Virus record (IMG/VR): IMGVR_UViG_3300050506_000187
Span: 1-64,000 of that record
Direction: 5' to 3' (one strand)
Origin: a virus
Length of the DNA: 64,000 nucleotides
Shown here: positions 9,255 through 18,162 of the stretch, piece by piece
How the letters are laid out: the number at the start of each line of letters is the position of its first letter
Position numbering within the stretch: position 1 is the stretch's first letter
Program-made: the position numbers and the translations under genes
The notes under the pieces: model-generated
What the model saw: only the letters and a program-made list of their open reading frames with translations
The model's database searches: none
What the model was told of the DNA's origin: nothing

Positions 9255-10715
9255 CTAATCTAGCACAAGATTGAGCCCTGTCAAATCGGCGTCCGTCAGC
9301 GAATCCAGATTATCGAGTTTCGCAGAGATAAGGCTATGCCGCCGCCGTTCGACCTGAGAGCCCTCGGCAAAGATGACTTGGTAAAAACTATCCGATTTAC
9401 CACCATGACGCGGAAGACGCCCGGTTAGCTGGCGAAAAAGCACCGCGCTGAACGGCGGGAAGACTAGACCCGCCCGGGGATGGCCCCCCGCAGCATCATC
9501 GAGGGAAATCGAGGCATTTCCGGCGGCATTGCTCAGGATGATGTCGGACTTCTCATTATTGCGAAATAATCGGACCGCCTCGTCTCGATCTCGAACGCCT
9601 TCCGGGCTTCCATCAATAAGCGCGGCATCGGGTATCCGTTCGCGTAACGCGGCAATCGTGCGCTGATAGTTTACGAACATCGCGACAGAAATCCCTCGGG
9701 CACGGTAATCTGCACGTAGCTCAAGCATCAGCGGCACTTTGAGCAGTTCAATTTCCTCCGAGGCGCGCAACATGCGCGTAAGCGGATGGTCCGGAGATTT
9801 GTCGGTTCGGTCGGCGCGAGAGCGAAGGTCGGCTAGATGAGTCGCCATTTCGGCATAAAGCGCATCCAATTTCTCGCCGGAACCGAGGTCGAAAAGTTCG
9901 GCCCTAATTTCGCACTTGGGAAAGTCGGGGATGTCGGACTTCCGGACGCGGATTCCTTTGGCCGGGAAAATCTGGGAATTGATTCCCGCCATGATGGCGC
10001 GCTGTTGCGCCTTGGATTTCATCCAGACGAGACCGCCGCCGGGAATCTTGCGATAGCCAAGGCGACTCAACCAAGGATAGAAATCCCCCAGTTTATGAAG
10101 TCCGAGGACATATCCGAGTGCCCGCAGGTCTGCGGGTTCAATCGCTGGTGTTGCTGACAAACCGATAACGCGGTGCCCTCCTCGCTTTGCGGCGATGAGC
10201 ATTTCGGCATTGAGGCTATCAGTTCCATTACATCGATGAACCTCGTCGAAGATGAGTAATGCCACTTCCGGGGAAAAATAAAATTTTCCAAGTCGTCGCG
10301 GAGACTTTCGCGTCTCAAAACAATGTATTCCATCTGGTCGTGTATAACAAGGATCGGCGGCAATTCCAGCCCCTTTATCCGGTTCAAAACGCCTTTGACA
10401 GTTAGTGCATACAAAATACTTCTTCGCGGGTTCAGGGGTATGCTCCCAACATCCGAAAGGCGTATTACCAGTTCGGAGGGCCTCGTATCCAATGACGGAA
10501 ATCTTATCGTCGAAAGCGGCGGCGGCGCGGTGCCAAGCTGAAATAGAAATTTTTGGAACGACTGCCAATGTAGGCAAACCCAGTTGCTTAGCCACGTAGG
10601 CCGCAATATAAGTTTTCCCAATTCCCATATCCGAGCCATCAAGAGCACTGGAAGACCGATGCAAAATATCGAGCAGATGCCCGGCGGGCGCGATTTGGTG
10701 CGGGCGTAGAGACAT
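9255..10715 (-). CDS. SF2 (DEAD/DEAH, SNF2-like) helicase
   Basis: GIGKTY (motif I), DEVH (II), SAT (III), QLTGRLPRHG (VI), and a CTNCQRRF insert. ATG at 10715 chosen; the ORF could extend to 10739 or 10790. Confidence 0.8.
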   Translation of the reverse strand: MSLRPHQIAPAGHLLDILHRSSSALDGSDMGIGKTYIAAYVAKQLGLPTLAVVPKISISAWHRAAAAFDDKISVIGYEALRTGNTPFGCWEHTPEPAKKYFVCTNCQRRFEPDKGAGIAADPCYTRPDGIHCFETRKSPRRLGKFYFSPEVALLIFDEVHRCNGTDSLNAEMLIAAKRGGHRVIGLSATPAIEPADLRALGYVLGLHKLGDFYPWLSRLGYRKIPGGGLVWMKSKAQQRAIMAGINSQIFPAKGIRVRKSDIPDFPKCEIRAELFDLGSGEKLDALYAEMATHLADLRSRADRTDKSPDHPLTRMLRASEEIELLKVPLMLELRADYRARGISVAMFVNYQRTIAALRERIPDAALIDGSPEGVRDRDEAVRLFRNNEKSDIILSNAAGNASISLDDAAGGHPRAGLVFPPFSAVLFRQLTGRLPRHGGKSDSFYQVIFAEGSQVERRRHSLISAKLDNLDSLTDADLTGLNLVLD

Positions 10716-10719
10716 GGAT

Positions 10720-10920
10720 TCATGCGATAATTTGAGCATTCGATTCTGCAAACATGCCCCAATCAAATAAATCCTTATGGGAACCGTCACGTAAAGTAAT
10801 TACCGGTCCGCGTTCTTCAATACTCTGCACAACCCAGACTGTCGGATACCCATCGAATTTCAGACGGGTCCCGATTTTCAAAAGTGATTTAGCTTCGTTA
10901 GCGTTTTTTATGAGTGTCAT
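10720..10920 (-). CDS. hypothetical protein
   Basis: 66-aa ORF. Confidence 0.5.
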   Translation of the reverse strand: MTLIKNANEAKSLLKIGTRLKFDGYPTVWVVQSIEERGPVITLRDGSHKDLFDWGMFAESNAQIIA

Positions 10921-11026
10921 ATTTTATTTTCGCGTCTTTCCAAATCAGAACACTGCACCATACCCAAACGATGAGCCAAACGAATATCCCGAACAGGACT
11001 ACGGTCCCTGTGATGAAATCGATCAT
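10898..11026 (-). CDS. 42-aa single-pass membrane peptide (MIDFI twin 2)
   Basis: MIDFITGTVVLFGIFVWLIVWVWCSVLIW... The internal ATG forms an ATGA overlap with twin 1. Confidence 0.4.
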   Translation of the reverse strand: MIDFITGTVVLFGIFVWLIVWVWCSVLIWKDAKIKYDTHKKR

Positions 11027-11136
11027 CGAAGAAAAAGATAGCCCACGATGAGACCGAGAAGCCCGGCGAGAATCGCAATAACGATGATAAATCGGATGAG
11101 ATACCGGCAAACCGCTTCGATAATAAAATCAATCAT
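11023..11136 (-). CDS. 37-aa single-pass membrane peptide (MIDFI twin 1)
   Basis: MIDFIIEAVCRYLIRFIIVIAILAGLLGLIVGYLFLR. ATGA overlap with the upstream nuclease-like gene. Confidence 0.4.
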   Translation of the reverse strand: MIDFIIEAVCRYLIRFIIVIAILAGLLGLIVGYLFLR

Positions 11137-11627
11137 ATCGGGTGAAAATGTTTTGCCGGAATCCGGATCATAATTTCGACGTCTGCGGGGTCGTTGCGGT
11201 CCCACCGGCCTCCCTCGGCTCGCTCGAACGGCGGAATACCGGGGCGCGTGACTCGATTCGGATCACATACAAAGGCGGCATCGTCCCACGAAAAGCAAAT
11301 AAAGAATTTGCACTTGCGGCGCGCGGCTTCCATTTGGCATCGTTCGTATTTTTCATTACTGAAGTGCCAATCGTCGGTTCGCGGCGGACCGGTGCGTCCC
11401 TTGACTTCGGCGATGGCGAATAGTTTTCCGTCACAGAAAATTTCGGCGTCGAACGGGTCCATTTTGCCCGCCGGACGCGAAGTATACTTCTGGCCGGTGT
11501 TGAATTTATTCAGACCGGCAACGAGTTTCGCGATGACTTTGGCCTCGTTATCGCGGTCCGCAGGACGACAATAGACCGGTCGTCGTCCGCTATTTCGCCC
11601 GGTTACTCGATAATCATCGGGTCTCAT
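11133..11627 (-). CDS. PD-(D/E)XK nuclease-like protein
   Basis: PFDAEIF...FAIAEVKG fits a D-x(n)-E-x-K core. Confidence 0.5.
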   Translation of the reverse strand: MRPDDYRVTGRNSGRRPVYCRPADRDNEAKVIAKLVAGLNKFNTGQKYTSRPAGKMDPFDAEIFCDGKLFAIAEVKGRTGPPRTDDWHFSNEKYERCQMEAARRKCKFFICFSWDDAAFVCDPNRVTRPGIPPFERAEGGRWDRNDPADVEIMIRIPAKHFHPI

Positions 11628-11806
11628 ATCGCTTCAATCATCCATTTTTTAGATCGAAGTTCGCGATACACTAAACTCCGATGAGATTTAATTAAGGAAT
11701 GCGCCATGACATACCCGTGCAACGAATCGGGAACCGGATACCAATCTCGTTGAATAAGGTATCTTATCGCCTCTCGACGAGTGCGGAATTCTGTTCGAAT
11801 TTTCAT
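11624..11806 (-). CDS. hypothetical protein
   Basis: 60-aa ORF with a 4-nt overlap. Confidence 0.45.
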   Translation of the reverse strand: MKIRTEFRTRREAIRYLIQRDWYPVPDSLHGYVMAHSLIKSHRSLVYRELRSKKWMIEAI

Positions 11807-11837
11807 CGCTCAGAATATAGCACATTATCAACCGATG

Positions 11838-12347
11838 TCAATCCCAGTAGGAATCCAAATCCGGGTTATAGTCCTGCCGTAGCCGCAGCGAATAGGTAAT
11901 TTTCTCCGGACTAACCTTATAATACGGGATTCGAAAAAGTAGCGGGCATCCGGCGAACTCGAAGGCCGCAGCGATAACGTCGGAGCAAAACCAATGATTT
12001 TGGTGTATCATTGAATCGAGCGGATCGTGCTTGATGAAGGGAATCACGAATCGGAATACGCCGCGCCAGTCATAAGGTTTGCCGATTTGAAGCCTCAAAA
12101 ATCTAATAATATCGGCATGTTGCCTCGCGTCGATGGCCGGACTCAGCGCAAGGCACCCGCCACGTTTAGCGCAAAAATCCGCAATTCCCTCCGCCGGTAT
12201 TTTCAACTGCCGGACTCCGATGCCGGGTTCCGATTCGATAATCGTTCCGTCCTCAAGAAACACGGCGACGTGACTGTATTTGGACCATGTTTGCCAACGG
12301 ATGAGCGCCGACGCAATTCCCCGGCCTCGAAAAAGCAATATCTTCAT
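11838..12347 (-). CDS. permuted papain/NlpC-P60-like amidase (YiiX-like)
   Basis: A His block (SHVAVF...IESEPG) precedes a Cys block (KPYDW...HWFCSDVI). ATGA overlap at 12347. Confidence 0.5.
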   Translation of the reverse strand: MKILLFRGRGIASALIRWQTWSKYSHVAVFLEDGTIIESEPGIGVRQLKIPAEGIADFCAKRGGCLALSPAIDARQHADIIRFLRLQIGKPYDWRGVFRFVIPFIKHDPLDSMIHQNHWFCSDVIAAAFEFAGCPLLFRIPYYKVSPEKITYSLRLRQDYNPDLDSYWD

Positions 12348-12949
12348 TGATTCACCTTTCGCAAAATTTGACGACACCAATCTTGCGGTGAATCAACTTG
12401 TGCTTTCCATGGACTACCATTTCTCCCATCGGGCCGCAACATGAGATAAACCTCCCCTTTTATCGGAGCCCGAATTTCTCCGGGAATCGCTTCGTATTCA
12501 TCTCCGTCAAAAACATAAACGAAAGCTTTTGGCGATTTGATTCGATCTTCTGGTGCATCGCAATCCGGACACGGAATCTCTTCGGCATCACTCAAATCCG
12601 GATATTTCCGCAGCGCGGTTTCCCGCACGTCGAGGTTAAATATCACTGCGGCAGCATGGTCCTCATGGCGAATACCGGCGAGATAATCTTCAGTATGGCG
12701 CAGTAATGACCGCCCGGCGCGTTGAAAAGCAGCAAGCGCGGATTCTCGCGTTGCGAAAAACTTCAGCCAATTGCGGGCAGCATACTTGCGCGCGCCGCGC
12801 GTGAGATGCTCCGCATAACGTCGATACATCACGCCGTCGCGCACGAGGGTATAATCGACTTTGTTTTCTTCAGTATCCCGGACACCGCCGCCGATGTTGA
12901 CGCGGGCTCCGGAGTCCTTGATCGTAAATTCGTTATTTGAATTCGACAT
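12344..12949 (-). CDS. dATP/dGTP diphosphohydrolase-like (MazG-related) domain protein
   Basis: KDSGARVNIGGGVRD...GARKYAARNW...HEDHAAAVIFNLD. Start set at the internal ATG 12949. Confidence 0.45.
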   Translation of the reverse strand: MSNSNNEFTIKDSGARVNIGGGVRDTEENKVDYTLVRDGVMYRRYAEHLTRGARKYAARNWLKFFATRESALAAFQRAGRSLLRHTEDYLAGIRHEDHAAAVIFNLDVRETALRKYPDLSDAEEIPCPDCDAPEDRIKSPKAFVYVFDGDEYEAIPGEIRAPIKGEVYLMLRPDGRNGSPWKAQVDSPQDWCRQILRKVNQ

Positions 12950-13292
12950 AGCTAATCGGAAGTTTGAGTTTTCTAGCAATCTTGATTTCGGCTTGGACGC
13001 CAACAGATTCGCGCCACCCGGGAATCATTAGCACCACAAGTCTGCGGGAAATCCGCAGATATTGAGTATCGACACGTTTCCAAAATTTCCAATTACCGGC
13101 CATACCCGCGATGTCGTGAAGTGGATGACTGTGCGTAATCGGAGAAAAGACGTTTGCGCGCGGATGCATTCGCATATACTGCGCTGCCGCGAGGGTGCAA
13201 AGTTTAAACCGTTGTTCCCGCGTCTCCGGGTTCGGGTGTGAATACGGACACGCAAGATACGTCAGCGGTCGATAGTTCTTTTTCATTTGCAT
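12933..13292 (-). CDS. DUF1937 / nucleoside 2-deoxyribosyltransferase-like protein
   Basis: YLACPYSHPNPETREQRF...VFSPITHSH...LMIPGWRESVGVQAEI. The ATG at 13292 or 13286 is possible; the latter is an ATGA overlap. Confidence 0.5.
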   Translation of the reverse strand: MQMKKNYRPLTYLACPYSHPNPETREQRFKLCTLAAAQYMRMHPRANVFSPITHSHPLHDIAGMAGNWKFWKRVDTQYLRISRRLVVLMIPGWRESVGVQAEIKIARKLKLPISYVEFK

Positions 13293-13714
13293 ATCCTCGT
13301 CATTTTGTGCGGGTCGAACGGATCGAAAATCAGCCGGGCCTCGACCTTTTGTTCGTAGCCGTTCCGATAATATGCCCGCCAAATATCTCCGCTCTCTTCG
13401 CCTTCGCCAGAGAGAATAAACAGCACATCAGGAAACTTAAGGCTCAGCTTTGCGATGTCGTCGGAAAATTTATACCACGTGCAAGCGTCGGTAGATTCTC
13501 CTTTATGGTCGATGCCGAAACAAAACTCTTCGTTGGTAGTCTTTTCAAGCGCAATATACATCGAGATTGCATCATCGATAGGAAGCGGCGCAGACGATTG
13601 ACCACATTCCGGACAAAACTTATGACCGGTCTTCGCCGGGTGTTTGCACCTTGGGACGGATTTCATGTGGTCCGGGGCCTCCCATTTCAACCTATAAATT
13701 GATTCGTATCCCAT
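13283..13714 (-). CDS. hypothetical protein with zinc-ribbon motif
   Basis: 143-aa ORF containing CKHPAKTGHKFCPECG. Confidence 0.55.
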   Translation of the reverse strand: MGYESIYRLKWEAPDHMKSVPRCKHPAKTGHKFCPECGQSSAPLPIDDAISMYIALEKTTNEEFCFGIDHKGESTDACTWYKFSDDIAKLSLKFPDVLFILSGEGEESGDIWRAYYRNGYEQKVEARLIFDPFDPHKMTRICK

Positions 13715-13750
13715 AACTTCGAGTTATAAATTGATTCCGCATCCCGTGCG

Positions 13751-13909
13751 CTACCTCACAAGCGGAATCTCGGTCTCGCCGTCCGGCGGTTCTTTGATTA
13801 CGCCGGGTTGCAAGGTATGATCGCCGGGCCAAGCTGGATTATGACCGTCCGCCTCATTCGGCGCTCGAATCGGAGTTTTTTCTTCGCTGTTGTTTTCTTT
13901 GTCGCTCAT
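13751..13909 (-). CDS. small acidic hypothetical protein
   Basis: Internal ATG at 13909 (MSDKENNSEEK...). Confidence 0.35.
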   Translation of the reverse strand: MSDKENNSEEKTPIRAPNEADGHNPAWPGDHTLQPGVIKEPPDGETEIPLVR

Positions 13910-13913
13910 AAAA

Positions 13914-14861
13914 TTATTCAAAAGAAATATCAAGATTGGTTTCGGACAACGCCGACGGAATGGAGCCGCCGCACGCAGTCACAAACTCTGACAACAGCCA
14001 GAGCCGATTGCTGATTGGGTTCGTGGTATCGTTCCAAATAACCCGAAGTTTTTTGCCCTCGCGCTGCTGGCTGATTTTCTTCGTAACGTCATTGTCGAGG
14101 GTTGTGTTCAATTTGTCTGCCGCCGGACCGCCGGAGCCGGATTTAATGCCGGTCCGTGCCGTAACGTGCCAGTGCTGGAATCCATTTGCGACGAAAAATT
14201 TGTATTCGTATTCAGAAGCAATGCCGGTAATCACGCTGCGGGCGGACCCATTCGCAACGGCTTGCGCAAGCGCGGAATCAATCCAGAACCCTTCGTCGAA
14301 TCCAAATCGATCCCAGTTGATGACATCCGACATCGGTAACAGTTTTTGCCGACCGAGTGTCCGGACCATAACCACGAAGGTTGCCCGTGCCGGAGATGCC
14401 GGGTAGTTCGCGGAAAACTCCGCAGAGCCGAATGCTTTGATCGTGCTGAGAAAATTCTCCGCACCGGCGGTCTTACCGTCGAGATTCGGAAAGAAATGCC
14501 GCGCAAGCGCGATAATTGGCGCGCTGATTGCAAATTCTTGCGCACCAATAGCTTTGGCCACTTCACTGAGTCCTCGACCGGTCAGCAGCAACCGTTGCGA
14601 CGGCGCGACGGTCGGCGGCACCGGGGTTGCCGCAGGGGATACAGCAACCGCCGGTGTCGCCGGGGGTGGGGGCTCTGGTTTTGTCGGGGTTTGCGCTGAG
14701 GGAAAAGATTTAACCGACTCTTTCAAATCTTCCGGTATTTCTGCGCCGGTAATAGCAGGGTTATTCAGCACCCCGAGCAGGTTTCGTAGTGTCGCATTGT
14801 CGTTGCTCAGGTTCGATTTATCGAGCGGTCGGCTCAGTTTGGTATCGTTCAATTCATTCAT
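13914..14861 (-). CDS. hypothetical protein (weak dNMP-kinase-like resemblance)
   Basis: 315-aa ORF with a Pro-rich linker and a degenerate P-loop-like TGRGLSEVAK. Function not established. Confidence 0.6.
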   Translation of the reverse strand: MNELNDTKLSRPLDKSNLSNDNATLRNLLGVLNNPAITGAEIPEDLKESVKSFPSAQTPTKPEPPPPATPAVAVSPAATPVPPTVAPSQRLLLTGRGLSEVAKAIGAQEFAISAPIIALARHFFPNLDGKTAGAENFLSTIKAFGSAEFSANYPASPARATFVVMVRTLGRQKLLPMSDVINWDRFGFDEGFWIDSALAQAVANGSARSVITGIASEYEYKFFVANGFQHWHVTARTGIKSGSGGPAADKLNTTLDNDVTKKISQQREGKKLRVIWNDTTNPISNRLWLLSEFVTACGGSIPSALSETNLDISFE

Positions 14862-14919
14862 AAATTAAAGGTGGGGAAGGCGGGTTCTGGATCGCCCCCG
14901 CATCGCAGGCTTGAAGGGC

Positions 14920-15510
14920 CTATGTCTTAGGATTAGACGACTTCCCCATACGGTTATGCAATTCGGACTGTAAAAGAGTCTTGGTTATTTCGACATTTAC
15001 CAAGCGCAAATTGATCGCGCTGAGAGCATTAGTGCGCATGGTTTCGTTGCTCAGCGTCTCCGCGCGTTTCGCGGCTTTGCGTAACTTCATGTTCAAATGC
15101 AGCGCCCGGCGCAACCACTTGCCTAACTGGCTAAGCTTCGCCGATTCAAACCGGGACGCTAATTTGGTTGTGCCGGGCGTCGATTCCGGAAATCGGGCGA
15201 TGTATCGCGTTTCGCGCGCCGCCATAAATGTCTTGCGCTGCCGGGCGGTGAGTCGGGCGCGGTTATCGCAAAGCATCTCAGTTGCTACCTCTATCGGAGG
15301 CGCATCGAAATCGATTGACAGAGGCGTGCGCTCCATCAGCCAATCATGGGCCGATTCGGCAATACGGACTTGTTCTTCGACATGTGGACGAAGCTGTCGA
15401 GCCATCTCGTTATCCGGGGCCTCGTTCAGATATTGCAAAGATCGATGGGCAACCCGGAGCCGGTCTTCCGCACGCAAAATTCTTTTGGTAATTAACGGAG
15501 CGTTATTCAT
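14920..15510 (-). CDS. hypothetical protein
   Basis: 196-aa helical ORF preceded by a promoter-like element. Confidence 0.6.
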   Translation of the reverse strand: MNNAPLITKRILRAEDRLRVAHRSLQYLNEAPDNEMARQLRPHVEEQVRIAESAHDWLMERTPLSIDFDAPPIEVATEMLCDNRARLTARQRKTFMAARETRYIARFPESTPGTTKLASRFESAKLSQLGKWLRRALHLNMKLRKAAKRAETLSNETMRTNALSAINLRLVNVEITKTLLQSELHNRMGKSSNPKT

Positions 15511-15994
15511 TAGATTCAGTATCGCATACAGCGGCTCGATTTGCTAACGGAGAAATAACATAATTTCCAATGGCGATTTCGCCCGGCTTGAGAGCCCACT
15601 CCTTCGCCGGAAAATAAATTGCACCGGATTTCATATCGGCGATTGCAGCGCCCAAAGTGCGTTGTAACTCTTCGAGTTGTTGAATCTGAGAAGCACAATC
15701 AATATTCGGCGCATCAGTATTGAGCGGGTGCGGCATACCGTCCGATAAAGCTTTCGTCGGCGCGGGCGAGATGTCGAAGACCGGCGCGAACCGGGAGTGA
15801 GTAACATTTTTTGCGCTAAGCGGATGATGTTCGCGCCAAAGCCCATGCAAACACGCAAGCCGCAAGTCGTGCCGCAATTCCAAAATGTAATTCGCAGAAT
15901 GCCGCAGTCGAGATTCCAGCACGGCGCGAGAGCTATCAGGATACGCACTGCGCAATATCACTCGCCGGAACCAGCGCATAAATCGACGTTTCAT
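15503..15994 (-). CDS. hypothetical protein
   Basis: 163-aa ORF. Confidence 0.55.
   Translation of the reverse strand: MKRRFMRWFRRVILRSAYPDSSRAVLESRLRHSANYILELRHDLRLACLHGLWREHHPLSAKNVTHSRFAPVFDISPAPTKALSDGMPHPLNTDAPNIDCASQIQQLEELQRTLGAAIADMKSGAIYFPAKEWALKPGEIAIGNYVISPLANRAAVCDTESNE
15518..15550 (-). promoter_or_regulatory. early promoter-like element (CCGTTAGCA-N18-GATACT)
   Basis: Minus-strand reading. 7 nt separate the -10 box from the ATG at 15510. The element lies inside the 3' end of the upstream ORF. Confidence 0.4.
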
Positions 15995-16471
15995 TTATGG
16001 TATATTTTCCAATCGCGATTTGAAAATATCCTCGCTGGTCAACGATTGCAACACGCGATGAATGTCCGAGCGAGTTGCGCTTAATTTGGCCATCTGTTCA
16101 CTCAGCGTAGCATATCTCGCCGCGCTCAGATTAGTCGAGTCATTACACGGATAACAATACCGGAGCGAAACTTTTTCTCGTTTTCCGCTTGGTTTGCGAA
16201 TCCAAACAGCGGTCCCGCGAAGCCCATTTCCGTCCGCAATCGACGTAATCGTCACTTTTACTGGCCCGGAATATTCCGGCCAATACCACGCAGATAGCGC
16301 GACCCGTTTTCGTTTTTCTGTCGATTCTGCGTTGATAGCCACGCGGGCTTTCGATAACGATTCAAACTTTCGCTCGCGCCCGTCGATTTCGCAAACCCAT
16401 TTGTTTTCCGCCTCGTCGAGCGTTATCTCAATTTCGGAATGAGTTACTTTAACTGGTTGATCAGAGTCCAT
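15995..16471 (-). CDS. hypothetical protein
   Basis: 158-aa ORF. Confidence 0.6.
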   Translation of the reverse strand: MDSDQPVKVTHSEIEITLDEAENKWVCEIDGRERKFESLSKARVAINAESTEKRKRVALSAWYWPEYSGPVKVTITSIADGNGLRGTAVWIRKPSGKREKVSLRYCYPCNDSTNLSAARYATLSEQMAKLSATRSDIHRVLQSLTSEDIFKSRLENIP

Positions 16472-16474
16472 AAA

Positions 16475-16777
16475 TTAGATATTGGCTTTACGCACGAGTG
16501 CAATAACGTCGGCGTGGTCGTGACTATCGTTGAAAGAAGACAGAGACCCCTTGTAAACTGCACCCAATTTTTGCAACGCGATAGACCGGCGTTCCGGATC
16601 GGGGTATATTTTCTGACATGCACCAATCAGACAAAACTTTGCCGCGCTTGAAGATTGAACCGAGACCCGAAATCCATTGTAATCGGAGGCCAAGTGATAC
16701 CGACACCAGCGTTTCGGCGATGCAAGCAAACCACGAACCGACTTAAACTCCCGAACTTTTGTAGAGGGATTTTTCAT
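16475..16777 (-). CDS. small paralog family protein, copy 1
   Basis: Shares the pattern F/K-x-V-x-x-LL..P.RW(T/C)xG...A.(F)CL.GA...(V)Y...FND...H.DV..LVRKA.I with 16774, 17905, 18159 and 18449. Confidence 0.65.
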   Translation of the reverse strand: MKNPSTKVREFKSVRGLLASPKRWCRYHLASDYNGFRVSVQSSSAAKFCLIGACQKIYPDPERRSIALQKLGAVYKGSLSSFNDSHDHADVIALVRKANI

Positions 16778-17112
16778 ACATTTGCTTCTCGGATAACGTC
16801 TTGGATCATCTCAAAAGTTACGTCGGGATGATCATTAAACCCGGCGATAGAAATACGCCCATTTGCGATGGTGCCCTGTTTCGGATACAATTTGCGTATC
16901 GCTTCTCGAATCGCAATCTCTTGACGGACGCGACGGACGCGACGGACGCGACGGACGCGACGTGCACCGTCATTAAGTCGCTGCATGCCCCCCAGTAGAC
17001 AAAATGAAACCGCATTGCAACTGGTCGGACTTAGCGATACGCCTTTCGAATCGCGAGCCGAACAACCTTTGGTCCACTTGTCCGGCGAAGTAAATAGATC
17101 AGTTAGTTTCAT
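16774..17112 (-). CDS. small paralog family protein, copy 2 (carries the RRV repeat)
   Basis: DKWTKGCSARD...VSFCLLGGMQ...GFNDHPDVTFEMIQDVIREANV. Contains the 9-bp tandem repeat. Confidence 0.65.
   Translation of the reverse strand: MKLTDLFTSPDKWTKGCSARDSKGVSLSPTSCNAVSFCLLGGMQRLNDGARRVRRVRRVRRVRQEIAIREAIRKLYPKQGTIANGRISIAGFNDHPDVTFEMIQDVIREANV
16923..16962. repeat. 9-bp tandem repeat GACGGACGC x4.4
   Basis: In frame inside copy 2, where it encodes (RRV)n on the minus strand. Confidence 0.9.
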
Positions 17113-17308
17113 ATTTGGTTACTGGTATTTTTCCATATACTTTGCGAAAACGAAAAGAACCCGGCACTTTTGCGCCATGCGTCGCGCCCCAATCGATCTC
17201 GTCATAGTGCTCCCGCCAGCCCGGAGACCGGTCGGCGCTGCCCTTGCCATTCTGGCCGGGGTGAGACTCAAACATGTCTCGTTTGGTGTGTCCAGAATTG
17301 CGCGGCAT
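17099..17308 (-). CDS. hypothetical protein
   Basis: 69-aa ORF with a 14-nt overlap. Confidence 0.4.
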   Translation of the reverse strand: MPRNSGHTKRDMFESHPGQNGKGSADRSPGWREHYDEIDWGATHGAKVPGSFRFRKVYGKIPVTKYETN

Positions 17309-17313
17309 AAAAC

Positions 17314-17529
17314 TTATTTTATCAAACGATCGAGTATGCGATGAAGCTCGTTACAGTTATCCTCATTGGGGAAGGTCCCCAGAATCTCGGAGGGGTTCAA
17401 ATCTCCGAGTCCGATTGCCTTAGATATGGAGATGTGGTTTAGGATCGCATAAATTGCGTCAACTTCGGCTTGAGACTCAAGCACGAGTGTTACCGGCTTG
17501 AAGGATGAGTCATCGAGTCTAGCTTTCAT
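17314..17529 (-). CDS. hypothetical protein
   Basis: Internal ATG at 17529 (MKARLDDSSFKPVTLVLESQ...). Confidence 0.45.
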   Translation of the reverse strand: MKARLDDSSFKPVTLVLESQAEVDAIYAILNHISISKAIGLGDLNPSEILGTFPNEDNCNELHRILDRLIK

Positions 17530-17908
17530 CGGGAGAAGTAGATTGGGATTCAAGAATGCGGGCGTTCGTCGCGGCGATGATATTGGATACCCGGACTCCA
17601 ATAGTGCCGATAGCGCTGAGCAGCGGTTGATACTCGTTCCGCAACGTAAACCAAGCACCGAGAAATTCCTCAGCGTGGTTCAGCAAAGTGTTCGCGAGAT
17701 ACTCGTGCGTTCCGCGAATCTCGGCTTCGTGCGCCGCAGTCTTGACTTCAAGCGACGACAATTGCCGGAGCCGTTGCAGCGCGCCGCCAAGTTGAATTGC
17801 TTCTTCGCGACTGAGTTGAACAAGTTTTACTTGCGCGCCTCCGCTTTCACTCTTGTTATCCGACTCAGATGATACCGGTCGGCCATTCAGATTAACGATA
17901 TTGCTCAT
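17519..17908 (-). CDS. hypothetical protein
   Basis: 129-aa ORF. Confidence 0.55.
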   Translation of the reverse strand: MSNIVNLNGRPVSSESDNKSESGGAQVKLVQLSREEAIQLGGALQRLRQLSSLEVKTAAHEAEIRGTHEYLANTLLNHAEEFLGAWFTLRNEYQPLLSAIGTIGVRVSNIIAATNARILESQSTSPDES

Positions 17909-18162
17909 AATGATATACTAACAGTTTTGTTTGAGTGCGCGCAGCAGGTTGGTATACGATTTAACCGCAGCACGCAATCGGGTTTTTCAACCGTCGATGT
18001 TCGGCAACCATAAACTCGACTGATTGCTCCATACAAACAAAAACATTTTGCGTCCGAAGAACGTGGATTGGTCGATATACCCTCTTTATTGCGAGCCATT
18101 GCACCGCGAGTCCAGCGACTCGGATCGCGCAACAATGCCCGAACTGATTTGAATGTTTTCAT
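17905..18162 (-). CDS. small paralog family protein, copy 3 (divergent C-terminus)
   Basis: The N-terminal two thirds match the family (SRWTRGAMARN...CFCLYGAISRVYG). The FND...RKA.I tail is missing. Confidence 0.5.
   Translation of the reverse strand: MKTFKSVRALLRDPSRWTRGAMARNKEGISTNPRSSDAKCFCLYGAISRVYGCRTSTVEKPDCVLRLNRIPTCCAHSNKTVSISL

Noticed and set aside
12344-12949. Z-genome (2-aminoadenine) pathway implied by the dATP/dGTP diphosphohydrolase-like gene
   Set aside because: No purZ-like adenylosuccinate-synthetase homologue or HD-type dATPase is recognisable in the window.
16923-16962. Possible CRISPR-like or other array
   Set aside because: The unit is only 9 bp with no spacers, and it lies in frame within a CDS. 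It is a microsatellite, not a CRISPR array. No CRISPR array is present anywhere in the window.
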